Source: Planctomycetota bacterium (lineage in GTDB: Bacteria > Planctomycetota > SZUA-567 > H5-PLA8). From it: a stretch of 64,000 nt of DNA. This document shows, one piece after another, positions 27,880-37,172 of the stretch. The stretch covers positions 160,001 through 224,000 of the forward strand of contig JBBRPR010000005.1 of NCBI GenBank assembly GCA_038227875.1. Reading direction: 5' to 3'. Made by a program: the position numbers and the translations under genes. How positions within the stretch are numbered: the stretch's first letter is position 1; each line of letters starts with the position of its first letter. Under the pieces are notes generated by a model. That model ran no database searches. It was not told the origin of the DNA and saw only the letters and a program-made list of their open reading frames with translations.

Positions 27880-30690
27880 TTGCCAGACTCTGTGAATTCC
27901 ACTCTCTCGCCTGTCGAAGCACTCAACGAGTTCAGCGCGGAGATCAGCACCGCCATCGCGGCCGCCGGCGGTGGTCAGCTGGGCATGCCGTTTTGCAACA
28001 CGCTCAAGACCATCTTCGCCAAGGCGCGCGTGAAGGCCGCGCTGATCAATCGCGCAGTCGGCGGGCGGGCGTCGGGAGAGTTCCTGTCGGAATTCACCGA
28101 CCGCGTCCTGACGCTGATCCTCGCCGCCGCCGCCAGGCGCGCGCAGATTCCGCCCGATGCGTCGGGCCTGGCGCTGCTGGCGATGGGCAGTTACGGGCGC
28201 CGCGAACTGGCGCCGTTCTCCGACATCGATCTCTTGATTCTCCACCGCCCGGAGATGCCCTCCGAGAAGCTCGAGCCGTTTGCCGGCGATCTGCTCCGGC
28301 CGCTGTGGGATTCGGGCCTGAGCATCGGGCACGCCGTCCGCACGCCCGACGAATGTCTGCGCGTGATGGAAGATTCCGCCAGCGGCGCGAATGCCGTGGA
28401 GACCGCGACGTCCGTGCTGGAAGCGCGCTTCGTCGCCGGCGACCGCGAGTTCGGCGATGGGTTTACGCATCAGGATATTCCGGCGTTCTTCAAGCGGCGC
28501 GGTCGGGCGTTTGTCGACGCGAAATTTGAAGAGACGATCAACCGCTGGAAGGACGTCCCCGTTTACCGCACGCAGCCGAATTTGAAGGAGAGCCCCGGCG
28601 CGCTGCGCGACTTTCAGCTCGCCTTGTGGATCGACCGGGCCAGCCAGCTTTCCGGACATCTTCCGCGGCTCGACAACCGGCCGCTGGTCTCCGCGGCGGC
28701 GATCGACGAGGCTCGCGCCGGCTACGAAAAGCTGCTGACGTTCCGCGTCTCCCTCCATTCGATCTGCGGGCGCAAGCAGGACGTGCTCGATTACCAGATG
28801 CAGCAGTCCGTCGCCGAGGACCTTGCTTACGAGGGCGCCGAAGAGTTGCGATCCTCCGAGCGCTTGTTGCGCGACTACTTCAAAGCCGCGACGGCCGTCC
28901 ACCGGCTGGCGCAGACGGTGACGCGCCGTTACCTGGAAGAACGCGCCGTGGCCACACGCGACATCGAACGCCTGCGCCGCCGGCCGATCGACGCCGACTT
29001 CACGCGCGTCGGCAGCTATCTTTACAGCTCGCACGCGGATGTCTTCGCCGGCCCCGGCTGGATCGAAGCGGCAATGCGCGCGTTTCTCCACGTCGCCCGC
29101 AACAATCTCTCGCTCAGCCAGGACGTGCAGGAACAGATCCGCTCGCGGCTGGGTTCGATGACCGACGAGATCCGCTCGTCGCCGCCGGCCGCGCAGCATT
29201 TCATGAACCTGTTGCGGATGCGCGTCTTCGTCGGCCGGACCTTGCGGGCGATGCGCGACACGGGCCTGCTCGCCGCGTACATGCCGGAGTTCGGCGAGAT
29301 CGAAGGCCTGGTGCTCCACGACACGTACCACGATTTCTCCGTCGACGAACACACCATCTGCGTCGTCGAAGCGGCCGATCGGCTCTATCAATCGGTGGAA
29401 CCTGGCGATCAGTTCCGCCGCCGCATTCTTGAAACGCTGGCCCGGCCGCACGTGCTGCGGCTGGCGTGCTTGTTTCACGATCTGGGAAAATCGCGCGGCA
29501 ACGCGGGGCACAGCGAACGCGGCGCGCTGATGGTGCCGCGCATCGGCGAACGGCTCGGCTTGAGCGCCGCGACAATTCGCACGCTCATTTTTCTCGTGCA
29601 GGATCACCTGACGCTTTCGAAGGTCAGCCAGCGCCGCGACCCCGGCGAAGGCGGACTGCTGACCGAACTGGCGAAGAAGATCGAAACGCAGGACCATCTC
29701 GATCTGCTCTTTCTGCTGACGTACTGCGATTCGATTTCCGTCGGCCATGCCTCGTACCCGCACTGGAAGGACGCGCTGCTTTCGGAATTGTACATCGGTG
29801 TGTCGCAGCGCTTGTCCAACAGCGCTGCAAACCCGCTGCCGCTTCCACCTCCTGCACCGGTTGCGGAAACCGCGGAGAACACCACGCCTCCGGCCATCGC
29901 CGACGATCCCGGCGCGCTCGAAGCGAAACTTTTGAAGTGGGCACAGGACGAAGCGACGCGCACGCTGGTGCTCGAACACTGCCACCGCGTGCCGCAGCGA
30001 TACTTGGTGGAAGTCTCGTTCGAAGACGCGGTGTTCCCTCTCGAGACGCTGATGCGCATGCGGGCCGGCAACATGGAGGCCGCCGCCGCCGTGCGCGGGA
30101 CGGGCGAACTGGTCGACATGTGGGTCGTCTCCACCGACCGGCCGAAGCGATTTTCGCAGATCTGCGGCGCGTTCCTGGGCGCCGGCGTGAGCGTCATTTC
30201 CGCTCTGGCGTACACGCGCGATGACGGCGTGATCTTCGATCATTTCCGCGTCGCGCCGGGTTTGGAAGCGCCGTCGAGCCGCAGCGATTTCTGGGGGCGC
30301 GTCGAGCGCTCGGTGGAAGACACACTGCAGGGCAAGGGCGATTTCCTGGCGAAGATCGACGCCGCCCGCCGGCGCATTCCCCGCGCCGCGACAATCACGC
30401 GCCGCGTCGAACCGGAGATCCGCGTCGACAACAAGCTCTCTGAGCGCTTCACGGTCGTGGACGTGATCTGCGGCGATCGCATCGGGCTGCTCTACGGCCT
30501 GAGCCGCGCGCTGGCGGACCTGGGTTGCAGCATCCACTTCGCCAAAATCGCGACGACGCAAGGCCTGGTGACGGACGTGTTTTACATCACCGAGGCCAAC
30601 GGCACACAAGTCACCGACCCCGAGAAGATGCTGAACATCAAGCGGCTGCTGAAGGCCGTCGCGGCGGATTTTCAGGAAGCGCGGCGGTAA
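27880..30690 (+). CDS. glnD: [Protein-PII] uridylyltransferase / uridylyl-removing enzyme
   Basis: NTase motif GSYGRRELAPFSDIDLLI, PNLKESPGALRD, YHDFSVDEH, HD motif LFHDLGK, two ACT domains (DRPKRF; DRIGLLY). Start is TTG 27880 or GTG 27892. Confidence 0.93.
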   Translation: MPDSVNSTLSPVEALNEFSAEISTAIAAAGGGQLGMPFCNTLKTIFAKARVKAALINRAVGGRASGEFLSEFTDRVLTLILAAAARRAQIPPDASGLALLAMGSYGRRELAPFSDIDLLILHRPEMPSEKLEPFAGDLLRPLWDSGLSIGHAVRTPDECLRVMEDSASGANAVETATSVLEARFVAGDREFGDGFTHQDIPAFFKRRGRAFVDAKFEETINRWKDVPVYRTQPNLKESPGALRDFQLALWIDRASQLSGHLPRLDNRPLVSAAAIDEARAGYEKLLTFRVSLHSICGRKQDVLDYQMQQSVAEDLAYEGAEELRSSERLLRDYFKAATAVHRLAQTVTRRYLEERAVATRDIERLRRRPIDADFTRVGSYLYSSHADVFAGPGWIEAAMRAFLHVARNNLSLSQDVQEQIRSRLGSMTDEIRSSPPAAQHFMNLLRMRVFVGRTLRAMRDTGLLAAYMPEFGEIEGLVLHDTYHDFSVDEHTICVVEAADRLYQSVEPGDQFRRRILETLARPHVLRLACLFHDLGKSRGNAGHSERGALMVPRIGERLGLSAATIRTLIFLVQDHLTLSKVSQRRDPGEGGLLTELAKKIETQDHLDLLFLLTYCDSISVGHASYPHWKDALLSELYIGVSQRLSNSAANPLPLPPPAPVAETAENTTPPAIADDPGALEAKLLKWAQDEATRTLVLEHCHRVPQRYLVEVSFEDAVFPLETLMRMRAGNMEAAAAVRGTGELVDMWVVSTDRPKRFSQICGAFLGAGVSVISALAYTRDDGVIFDHFRVAPGLEAPSSRSDFWGRVERSVEDTLQGKGDFLAKIDAARRRIPRAATITRRVEPEIRVDNKLSERFTVVDVICGDRIGLLYGLSRALADLGCSIHFAKIATTQGLVTDVFYITEANGTQVTDPEKMLNIKRLLKAVAADFQEARR

Positions 30691-31084
30691 GGGCATTGCG
30701 GATTGCGGATTGGGTGGGCATGGGGTGCTCCCGGTCGGGAATCGGTCTCCGTACGCGATGTTACGAAATGTTACATAATATTACGTGGATTGGGCCTCCT
30801 TATTAGGTGCACCTAGGGCCAGCGAGCCGTGCTCGATCGTTAAATTTCGCTCCGGCTATAAGCGGTCGGTCGGGGGCGTCATGCGTTTGCCAGTCCGGCA
30901 TTGTTGTGCGGTCTCGATTGCGAGTTCTGGCCCTATTCGGCTAAAAGTGGTCGGTACTGTAACTAATGCCCACGCCCTGAGGGTGTTCAATTGGGGATTC
31001 TTTCTCGGACGAATGAGCTCGTGGCACGAAGTTGTTGTCGGGTAGCACGCGGGAGGAAGGTAGGACCGGAGAAGCGTAGGACTG

Positions 31085-31744
31085 TTACGATGGCAGCGCG
31101 ACGGGCATCGCCATCTGTTCACGCAACCGCTCAACCCATTGCGCCGGCCCGTTCGAATGACGCAGCGACCACTTGCGCTCACTGCGGATGTACTTGTAGG
31201 TGTCCTCGATTGGCCACTCATGGAGTACGGACTGATCGTTCCGGAAGATCAGCGTGCCGGTAACACGCATCTCCAGGATTCCGTCGTCGTCCATGCCGGT
31301 AAACTCGTACTTGAGCATCTCGCCATCGAACACGTAAAACTGGTCGTCTTCCACACACGTATCGTAAATCGGAATCGTCAGTGTGGGACGACCTCCCTGC
31401 GTCAGCGTCAGCACGCCGTTTCCATGCGTGGTCACCTCAATGTTCGCGCGCACAACTTCGTCGTCGGAAATCCTGACGACCTGTTCGCCCTCGTACCTGA
31501 CGACGGACTCGGGATTGAAGGTCAGGTCCTCCAGCGATAATCCCTTTACCAGGAGAGGTCTTGAATACGAATATAAGGCGATTGGCGATTCCCGAGTTCG
31601 CGCTGGCGCAGAGCGAGGCTGATCGATCTTGAGAATTACTCTTGAAGAAAAGTATCCACGCGTTGCAGCGAACAACCCAACTGCGAAAAGCGCCAGTCCA
31701 CTGAATATGAGGATCAAGGAGCGTTGCCGCATTCGATCGATCAC
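31085..31744 (-). CDS. Hypothetical protein with N-terminal membrane anchor
   Basis: 219-aa ORF with TM LILIFSGLALFAVGLFAA and a beta-rich acidic domain. Confidence 0.55.
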   Translation of the reverse strand: MIDRMRQRSLILIFSGLALFAVGLFAATRGYFSSRVILKIDQPRSAPARTRESPIALYSYSRPLLVKGLSLEDLTFNPESVVRYEGEQVVRISDDEVVRANIEVTTHGNGVLTLTQGGRPTLTIPIYDTCVEDDQFYVFDGEMLKYEFTGMDDDGILEMRVTGTLIFRNDQSVLHEWPIEDTYKYIRSERKWSLRHSNGPAQWVERLREQMAMPVALPS

Positions 31745-31962
31745 CTTAAACGGGATTTACTTGCCACTCGGTGTATCGGCAATCCGCGGCGCGTTCTGGA
31801 TCATGCGAGTTCAACGGTCCCGAGCAACTGTCGGAAAGCCGGCTGAAGACCGGCTAACCTTCCTTGCGCTATACACTACGGCCCATGGCACTCGACTTTC
31901 GGTGTTAAAAGTCGGTTAAACTACCCAGGCAACTCATCTGTGCTCAGTTCCCGGCAATCGCA

Positions 31963-32670
31963 TCATTCTTCAACAACCTGCTCCACAACTTCCCAATCTT
32001 CAGAATCGATGCGAAATTCATGTTGGGCTTTTTGAATTGATTCTTCAAGGCTCCTTGCCGACCAATGATCCAATGGCGCTTCCATCTTTCGAAGGTATCC
32101 CGATGCCGTATCGGCCGAGAAGTAAAAGCCATAAAAGAGCAAGTCTGTGGAGTAGTAGACGATTGCAATTTCACGAACTCTGAATTCTCGACTATTGGAT
32201 CGGATTACATTGCCCGTTGGCTGGTGCTTCGACTTCATCCGCAGTCTGCGCAGCAGGACGGGCTTCAATTTCCGGAACTGTTCGAACGAATTAAAGAAAA
32301 GGTCAAAGGCTCTGGCGGAGTCGTGGTTCGCTTCTTCCAGGAGAATGTTTTTCCAACCCGCCGTGGATTCGTATCTGCCATATTTGAGCGCGACAAAATC
32401 GTGGAACTGCCAGAATGGCGGACTTTCCACTTCGATCCAATCCGGGGAGCGAGAATCGATTTTATCTTCACCGGTGGAACCAATGTTCAGTCCACGATAG
32501 AACCCGTTGATAAATCCATTCAAGGTGAGAATACAGCGTCCGCCGATGTGCATTCCTGGCCGCTTCTCAACCCGTTGGAGGTACTCGTACAGGCTGAACA
32601 CTGGGATTTTCCTTGTTGGCCAGACGGCGGATTTACTTTCAGAGTGTACCTCGAATGATCTTGCAGTCAC
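31963..32670 (-). CDS. Hypothetical protein (AT-richer)
   Basis: 235-aa ORF with protein-like composition (YLQRVEKRPGMHIG..LNGFINGF..FHDFVA..GWKNIL..AFDLFF). Confidence 0.6.
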   Translation of the reverse strand: MTARSFEVHSESKSAVWPTRKIPVFSLYEYLQRVEKRPGMHIGGRCILTLNGFINGFYRGLNIGSTGEDKIDSRSPDWIEVESPPFWQFHDFVALKYGRYESTAGWKNILLEEANHDSARAFDLFFNSFEQFRKLKPVLLRRLRMKSKHQPTGNVIRSNSREFRVREIAIVYYSTDLLFYGFYFSADTASGYLRKMEAPLDHWSARSLEESIQKAQHEFRIDSEDWEVVEQVVEE

Positions 32671-32771
32671 GGCTTTTCCATTCGCCTAAACGCCGGGGGG
32701 CGTAGTCGCCGAGTAGGCCAAGGAGCGCAGAAAAATATAAAACACAAATCTGCCAATGGCTGCGCGATTCG

Positions 32772-33113
32772 TCACGGGCAAGCGATTTCCCAGGGTTGTC
32801 CCGCCGGGTCGAACAGGAAGGCTGATTTGCCGTCTTCCGATACTTTCACATCGACCCCTCTTTGCTTTGCGCGTTCGATGATCTGCGGCGTGTTGGGATC
32901 GGTGACGTGAAAGATCTGTGCCATCCCCCGGATGGGCGAATTCACGGTCTCGTCGGGTACAATGCACAGTTCGACGCCGGCCATCAGCGCCACGGTCCGC
33001 AGGACGACGCCCGATTCCTCCTGCGTCGTCAGCTTCAAACCAAAGACGCCCGAAAGGAAATCAGCCAACTCCGCAGGCTTGGCCGTCGCGATACTGATGG
33101 TCATCTGGTTCAT
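32772..33113 (-). CDS. VOC / glyoxalase-like protein
   Basis: ISIATAKPAELADFLSGVFGL..FLFDPAGQPWEI; ATGA overlap with the upstream gene; similar to 2525-2893. Confidence 0.7.
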   Translation of the reverse strand: MNQMTISIATAKPAELADFLSGVFGLKLTTQEESGVVLRTVALMAGVELCIVPDETVNSPIRGMAQIFHVTDPNTPQIIERAKQRGVDVKVSEDGKSAFLFDPAGQPWEIACP

Positions 33114-33553
33114 AGTTTCCAATCCCCCCAGCATCCTGAGACTCCGGACTTGGGCCGCATGTCGATGCCGTGTTCAATGTAACTTTTCAGGTTGAGCCGC
33201 AGCGAGCCCCAGGCCACCGCCACAGAAATGATGCCGTCGTCCGCCGGACAGTCGGTATCGGTGATCGTTACCTTGGTTCCGGCTCCGAACGGTTCGAGCG
33301 TGAACGTTACGTTCCAATAGGTCACCTCACGAAACGGATCGAAGGTGGTGAATGTAGCCTCGCTGCGGTTGGCCCCGGTGGGATTGCTGGTGGACCACAC
33401 CAGCACAACTTTGCCGCCCAGCTTCGGATCCGTTTCCGCGGCCGGCGGCCACCAGGCCGACAGCTTTTCGGCCACGGTGAGCGCTTCAAAGACGACCTTG
33501 GGCGCGGCGGCGATCACGATCGAACATTTGACTGTTTTGGAGTTCGTGCTCAC
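33110..33553 (-). CDS. SRPBCC (AHSA1/START-like) domain protein
   Basis: IAAAPKVVFEALTVAEKLSAWW, DPKLGG, GTKVTI, WGSLRLNLKSYIE. Confidence 0.85.
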   Translation of the reverse strand: MSTNSKTVKCSIVIAAAPKVVFEALTVAEKLSAWWPPAAETDPKLGGKVVLVWSTSNPTGANRSEATFTTFDPFREVTYWNVTFTLEPFGAGTKVTITDTDCPADDGIISVAVAWGSLRLNLKSYIEHGIDMRPKSGVSGCWGDWKL

Positions 33554-33630
33554 CGTTAACCTCTCCCGACGCGGCTATCCGCTCCCGACGCGGGAGACCT
33601 CAAGATCCCCTGCTCAATAACCCAATAGCT

Positions 33631-34065
33631 TCAAACGGTCTGCGCAAAAATCTGTTCCATGCGGTCGAGGCACCCGCCCCACCCTTCTTCGCAGGCATTG
33701 GCATTCTCTGTGATGTCGTGCGTCAGGACGATCTCTGTTTTTCCGCCGGCATCGAAGAATTCCACGGTCGCCGTCGTGCCGGGGCCGTCATCGCCCTCCC
33801 AATTGAACGTGAAGACCAGCTTGCGGGGCGAATCGATCTCAAGGTACGTGCCGAAGACGCCGTTGGAACTCCCATCCTTGTCTTTGTGGCTCCAGCCATA
33901 CGCGCCGCCGGAACGCAGGTCGCTGTTGACGGCGCAGCCGGGACCGCACCACCATTTGCGGATCAGATCCGGATCGGTCCACGCCTTGAACACCGCCTCG
34001 CGCGGCGCGGGGATGATCCGGCGCATCCGCAAAATAACTCTCTCTGTGGATTTGGGATTGCTCAT
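33631..34065 (-). CDS. SRPBCC (AHSA1) domain protein
   Basis: RIIPAPREAVFKAWTDPDLIRKWW, DLRSGG, GTYLEIDSPRKLVFT, GWGGCLDRM. Confidence 0.9.
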   Translation of the reverse strand: MSNPKSTERVILRMRRIIPAPREAVFKAWTDPDLIRKWWCGPGCAVNSDLRSGGAYGWSHKDKDGSSNGVFGTYLEIDSPRKLVFTFNWEGDDGPGTTATVEFFDAGGKTEIVLTHDITENANACEEGWGGCLDRMEQIFAQTV

Positions 34066-34418
34066 GGCATCCTTTCTTTGCTCTTCTTTTCGTCAGTCTG
34101 TTCGAAATAACGCGTCAAGGCATCGAACTTGTCGTCCCAGAAGGCGCGGTGCTTTTCAATCCACGCCGTGGCGTTGTCGAGCGGCTGCGGCTGAAATTTG
34201 CAGACGCGCATGCGTCCGGTCTTGGTGCGTTCAAGCAGTCCCGCGCGCTCCAGCACGCGTAGATGCCTGGAGACGGCCGGGCCGGAGATTGACAGTGGCT
34301 CCACCAGTTCGCCCACACAGCGTTCGCCCTGCGCGAGGCGTTCGAGGATGGCGCGGCGCGTAGGATCGCTCAGCGCCCCGAAGATCCGGTTGAGTTGTTC
34401 GTCATGACGTTTAACCAT
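34062..34418 (-). CDS. ArsR/SmtB family transcriptional regulator
   Basis: FGALSDPTRRAILERL..VGEL..ISGPAVSRHLRVLERAGLL..FWDDKFDAL; 4-nt overlap with the next gene. Confidence 0.92.
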   Translation of the reverse strand: MVKRHDEQLNRIFGALSDPTRRAILERLAQGERCVGELVEPLSISGPAVSRHLRVLERAGLLERTKTGRMRVCKFQPQPLDNATAWIEKHRAFWDDKFDALTRYFEQTDEKKSKERMP

Positions 34419-34455
34419 TTGGTTAGATATTACGCGCGGGAGACGGCGCAGTCAA
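34412..34455 (-). promoter_or_regulatory. Sigma70 promoter plus palindromic operator over the arsR start
   Basis: TTGACT-N17-TAATAT (34455-34427) and TAACCA-N2-TGGTTA (34412-34425) spanning the ATG. Confidence 0.7.
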
Positions 34456-34731
34456 CAACAAAGTCGTGACATCTTGAAGTTACCCGCGGTATGGCTAGTA
34501 GAGACCGACGGCCGGCAGCGTTTTCTGAGGTTAAGCGCTCAGGAAACAGGTGGAGCAAGCATTGAGTCAACAACCAGACGGTGATTGTAGTCCTATGTCT
34601 GGCCTTGCTCGTCGCCCGCGAGCTGGTCCTTGCAGCGCACCAGCGAGCTCCACTCAATCCATTATTTTACTCGCTTACAGAACTTCCCCCGGGCATACTT
34701 CGTATCAATTCTATCTGATGGAGACACCCAA

Positions 34732-34914
34732 ATGATTCAAGGTATTGTGCTCTTAATCGGTCCCTTTCTATTGACTTATTTAAGCTATCGAAAATTTATG
34801 GAGGATGCACATATTCTGGTAAAGCTTTTGGGCTCTATCTTTGTCTATTTCATAAGTTTTGTAGTCGTCTTATTTGCACTTATTGCGGTTGGCGCAATTT
34901 CGTTTCAACGCTAG
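34732..34914 (+). CDS. Small AT-rich two-TM membrane protein
   Basis: GGAG RBS, MIQGIVLLIGPFLLTYL..LLGSIFVYFISFVVVLFALIAVG. Confidence 0.5.
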   Translation: MIQGIVLLIGPFLLTYLSYRKFMEDAHILVKLLGSIFVYFISFVVVLFALIAVGAISFQR

Positions 34915-35554
34915 GACTCTTCTTTTTTGAGCGAATGATCACCTCGGCCAGAAGGAGGTTGGGCAGGAAGCCCAACCAGGCCTCTGCAACATAAATATGA
35001 GAGGGATCCATCCAACCGGTTTGAGTCAAAATGATTTTCCACGTCCTCAGGGTGATTGCTGAAAAGGTCAACGCATAACTGCGAATCATAAAGTCACGAT
35101 GCTCGTCAAATTTCCTGTCGATGGCAGATCTGAGTGCTTGAAGAGTAAATCCAAACCATAAACAATCGAGCAGTAGAAATGCAGACTTTCCAAGGAAGCC
35201 ACCGTTGGCGTAAATGGCCATAATCAGCGCTGAAGGAAAATTGATAAGCAGGATATTCCACACGTATACATGACCCAGGAAGCGGTGAGCCTTGCGGTGG
35301 CGCTGCATAAAAAGTGTAGAGAATTGCGTGAGACCGGCAAAGAGTGCAAGAAATGCTGAAAACACATGCGTATAAAACGCCGATTTCCAAACTGGGTTTT
35401 GTAGATAATCCTGCTTGTAGGCAAGAAATTGAATATTGGTTTCGAAAGTAGAGTAGTTGAAAGACGTCCGCATCATGAGAAATATCGCTGCGCATAGCAC
35501 AGTGTAAATGAATAGATTCTTTCCAAACCAGAAGATGGTTTCGCGCATTAACAT
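34880..35554 (-). CDS. DUF2306-like membrane protein (AT-rich)
   Basis: FYTHVFS..GLTQF..HRFLGHVYV..HRDFMIRSYALTFSAITLR..WLGFLPNLLLAE. Confidence 0.8.
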   Translation of the reverse strand: MLMRETIFWFGKNLFIYTVLCAAIFLMMRTSFNYSTFETNIQFLAYKQDYLQNPVWKSAFYTHVFSAFLALFAGLTQFSTLFMQRHRKAHRFLGHVYVWNILLINFPSALIMAIYANGGFLGKSAFLLLDCLWFGFTLQALRSAIDRKFDEHRDFMIRSYALTFSAITLRTWKIILTQTGWMDPSHIYVAEAWLGFLPNLLLAEVIIRSKKKSPSVETKLRQPQ

Positions 35555-35677
35555 GAATCTATCCTAATTTGCTCAAGATGAAACTAATTCAATTAGATTC
35601 CAATCAAATTTGCGAATCGTTCTCTTCTATGAACCCTTCATTATAGGTCGTGGCCACATTCTTTTGCGTGAAATGGC

Positions 35678-36889
35678 TCACTCCGATTTCGGCTCCGGCG
35701 TGGTCGTCGCGGACAGGTACAGCATCAGCACGATCCCCGTGGACATCAGTGCGGCGGCCACTCCGAAGGCGGTCTGGGTTCCGAAGACGGACCATAACCA
35801 GCCTACTGTGAAACTGCTGAATAAATCGCCCAGTCCGGTGACAACGGCCAGGGCTCCGTAGCCGCTTCCTCTTATTTCAGAGGGCAGGAGGTCGGCTGCG
35901 ATCACATCTTCGACGGCTTCGTAAATTCCAATCGCAGTGCCTGCCAGCGCGAACATGATTCCCAGCCCGGCGTAGCTCTGGACTCCACAGGCGGCACAGA
36001 GCGCGGCGGAGACGGCAGCACTGTAACCCACCACGAGCAACAGTCGCTTGTTGAAGTGGTCGGAGATCCAGCCGCCACCGTACGACCACAGGGCGTAGAA
36101 GACGTTGTGAACGGCATAGAGCGCGACGGAGATCGTCGAGGCCTTTGCCAGGCCCACCTGTGGCATCAAGACCCCGACCGTGTAGAGGATGTACAGGCTC
36201 CGCGCGAAATCTCCGAGTCCGAAGATTCCCACGGCGGTGAGGAACGCTTTGAAATCGCGGCTGAAGCCGCTGAAGCTTTTCAGAAACGGCTTCTTCGCGG
36301 GCACGCGGTCTGGAGTTTCCTGAACCAGCCATGAAATGAGGAGCACCGGCATCAACGCCGGGAGCACCGCGAAAAGAATAATCGTCCGGTGCGAAAAGCC
36401 GGCGCTCACTAAGGCAAGCGCCGCCAGCGGCGCGACAATCGCACCCGTGGTGTCCATCGCCCGTTCAAAGCCGAAGGCTCGACCCCGCGTCTGAGGCGTG
36501 ACCGCTTCGGCCAGCAGCGCTTTTCGCGATGGCGTGCGAAGTCCCCTGGCAATCCAGGCCACGCCACGTCCCGCGAGAACCAGCGGCCATGTGACGGCGC
36601 TTGCAATCAGCACGGGCGATAAGGCCATAATGCCATAGCCGGTGGCGCAGAGAACCTTGCGCCGCGCAACTCGATCCGCCAGCCATCCACCATAGAGCTT
36701 GGCGAGGCTGGACAAACCATCGGCGACGCCTTCAATAGTTCCCAGCGCCGCGGCGGCCGTGCCCATGGAGGCCAGGAACGCAGGGAGCACCGCCGTGATC
36801 GTCTCGTGGCTGAGATCGCTGAAGAGCGAAGACAAGCCGATGCCGATGACGGTGGCATTCATCCAGCGCTCTACCGACTTTCGTTCCAT
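35678..36889 (-). CDS. MFS transporter
   Basis: About 12 TM; GWLADRVARRK motif A; RGRAFGFERAMDTTGA; GWISDHFNKR. Confidence 0.9.
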   Translation of the reverse strand: MERKSVERWMNATVIGIGLSSLFSDLSHETITAVLPAFLASMGTAAAALGTIEGVADGLSSLAKLYGGWLADRVARRKVLCATGYGIMALSPVLIASAVTWPLVLAGRGVAWIARGLRTPSRKALLAEAVTPQTRGRAFGFERAMDTTGAIVAPLAALALVSAGFSHRTIILFAVLPALMPVLLISWLVQETPDRVPAKKPFLKSFSGFSRDFKAFLTAVGIFGLGDFARSLYILYTVGVLMPQVGLAKASTISVALYAVHNVFYALWSYGGGWISDHFNKRLLLVVGYSAAVSAALCAACGVQSYAGLGIMFALAGTAIGIYEAVEDVIAADLLPSEIRGSGYGALAVVTGLGDLFSSFTVGWLWSVFGTQTAFGVAAALMSTGIVLMLYLSATTTPEPKSE

Positions 36890-36984
36890 AGGCGCGTCCG
36901 GGATGGCTCGATCACTCGTTTACAGCCTACGCTCTTCGCTCCAGATGCATACTCGCAGTCCGGGGAATCCACCCGGCCAGTCCC

Positions 36985-37155
36985 TCACGCTTTGGCCTGT
37001 CGCACGCGGTCGATCTCATCCTGCAATGAGCCGCAGCGATCCGACGCTTCAACTCACTCTTTCTTGACCGTCGTGTCGCGGGTGTAGACGACAAAATCCA
37101 GCCGGCCCGACGGGCGCAGCTGGCGTTGCGTTTCGGTCCAGCGAAACCTGTGGTT
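36985..37155 (-). pseudogene. Decayed 3' fragment of an SGNH hydrolase gene homologous to 39535-40452
   Basis: Translates FRWTETQRQLRPSGRLDFVVYTRDTTVKKE*VEASDRCGSLQDEIDRVRQAKA*, versus the intact FTLTDTHRQTRSSGWLDFVGYTRDTAVKKNSREAEARAAAKLQEEIDSLRRAH. Confidence 0.85.
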
Positions 37156-37172
37156 AAGGACCGCGGCGTCGC

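Noticed and set aside
27688..30696. 1002-aa minus-strand ORF
   Set aside because: Antisense shadow of glnD, which has all the expected motifs; such shadows are common in GC-rich coding DNA.
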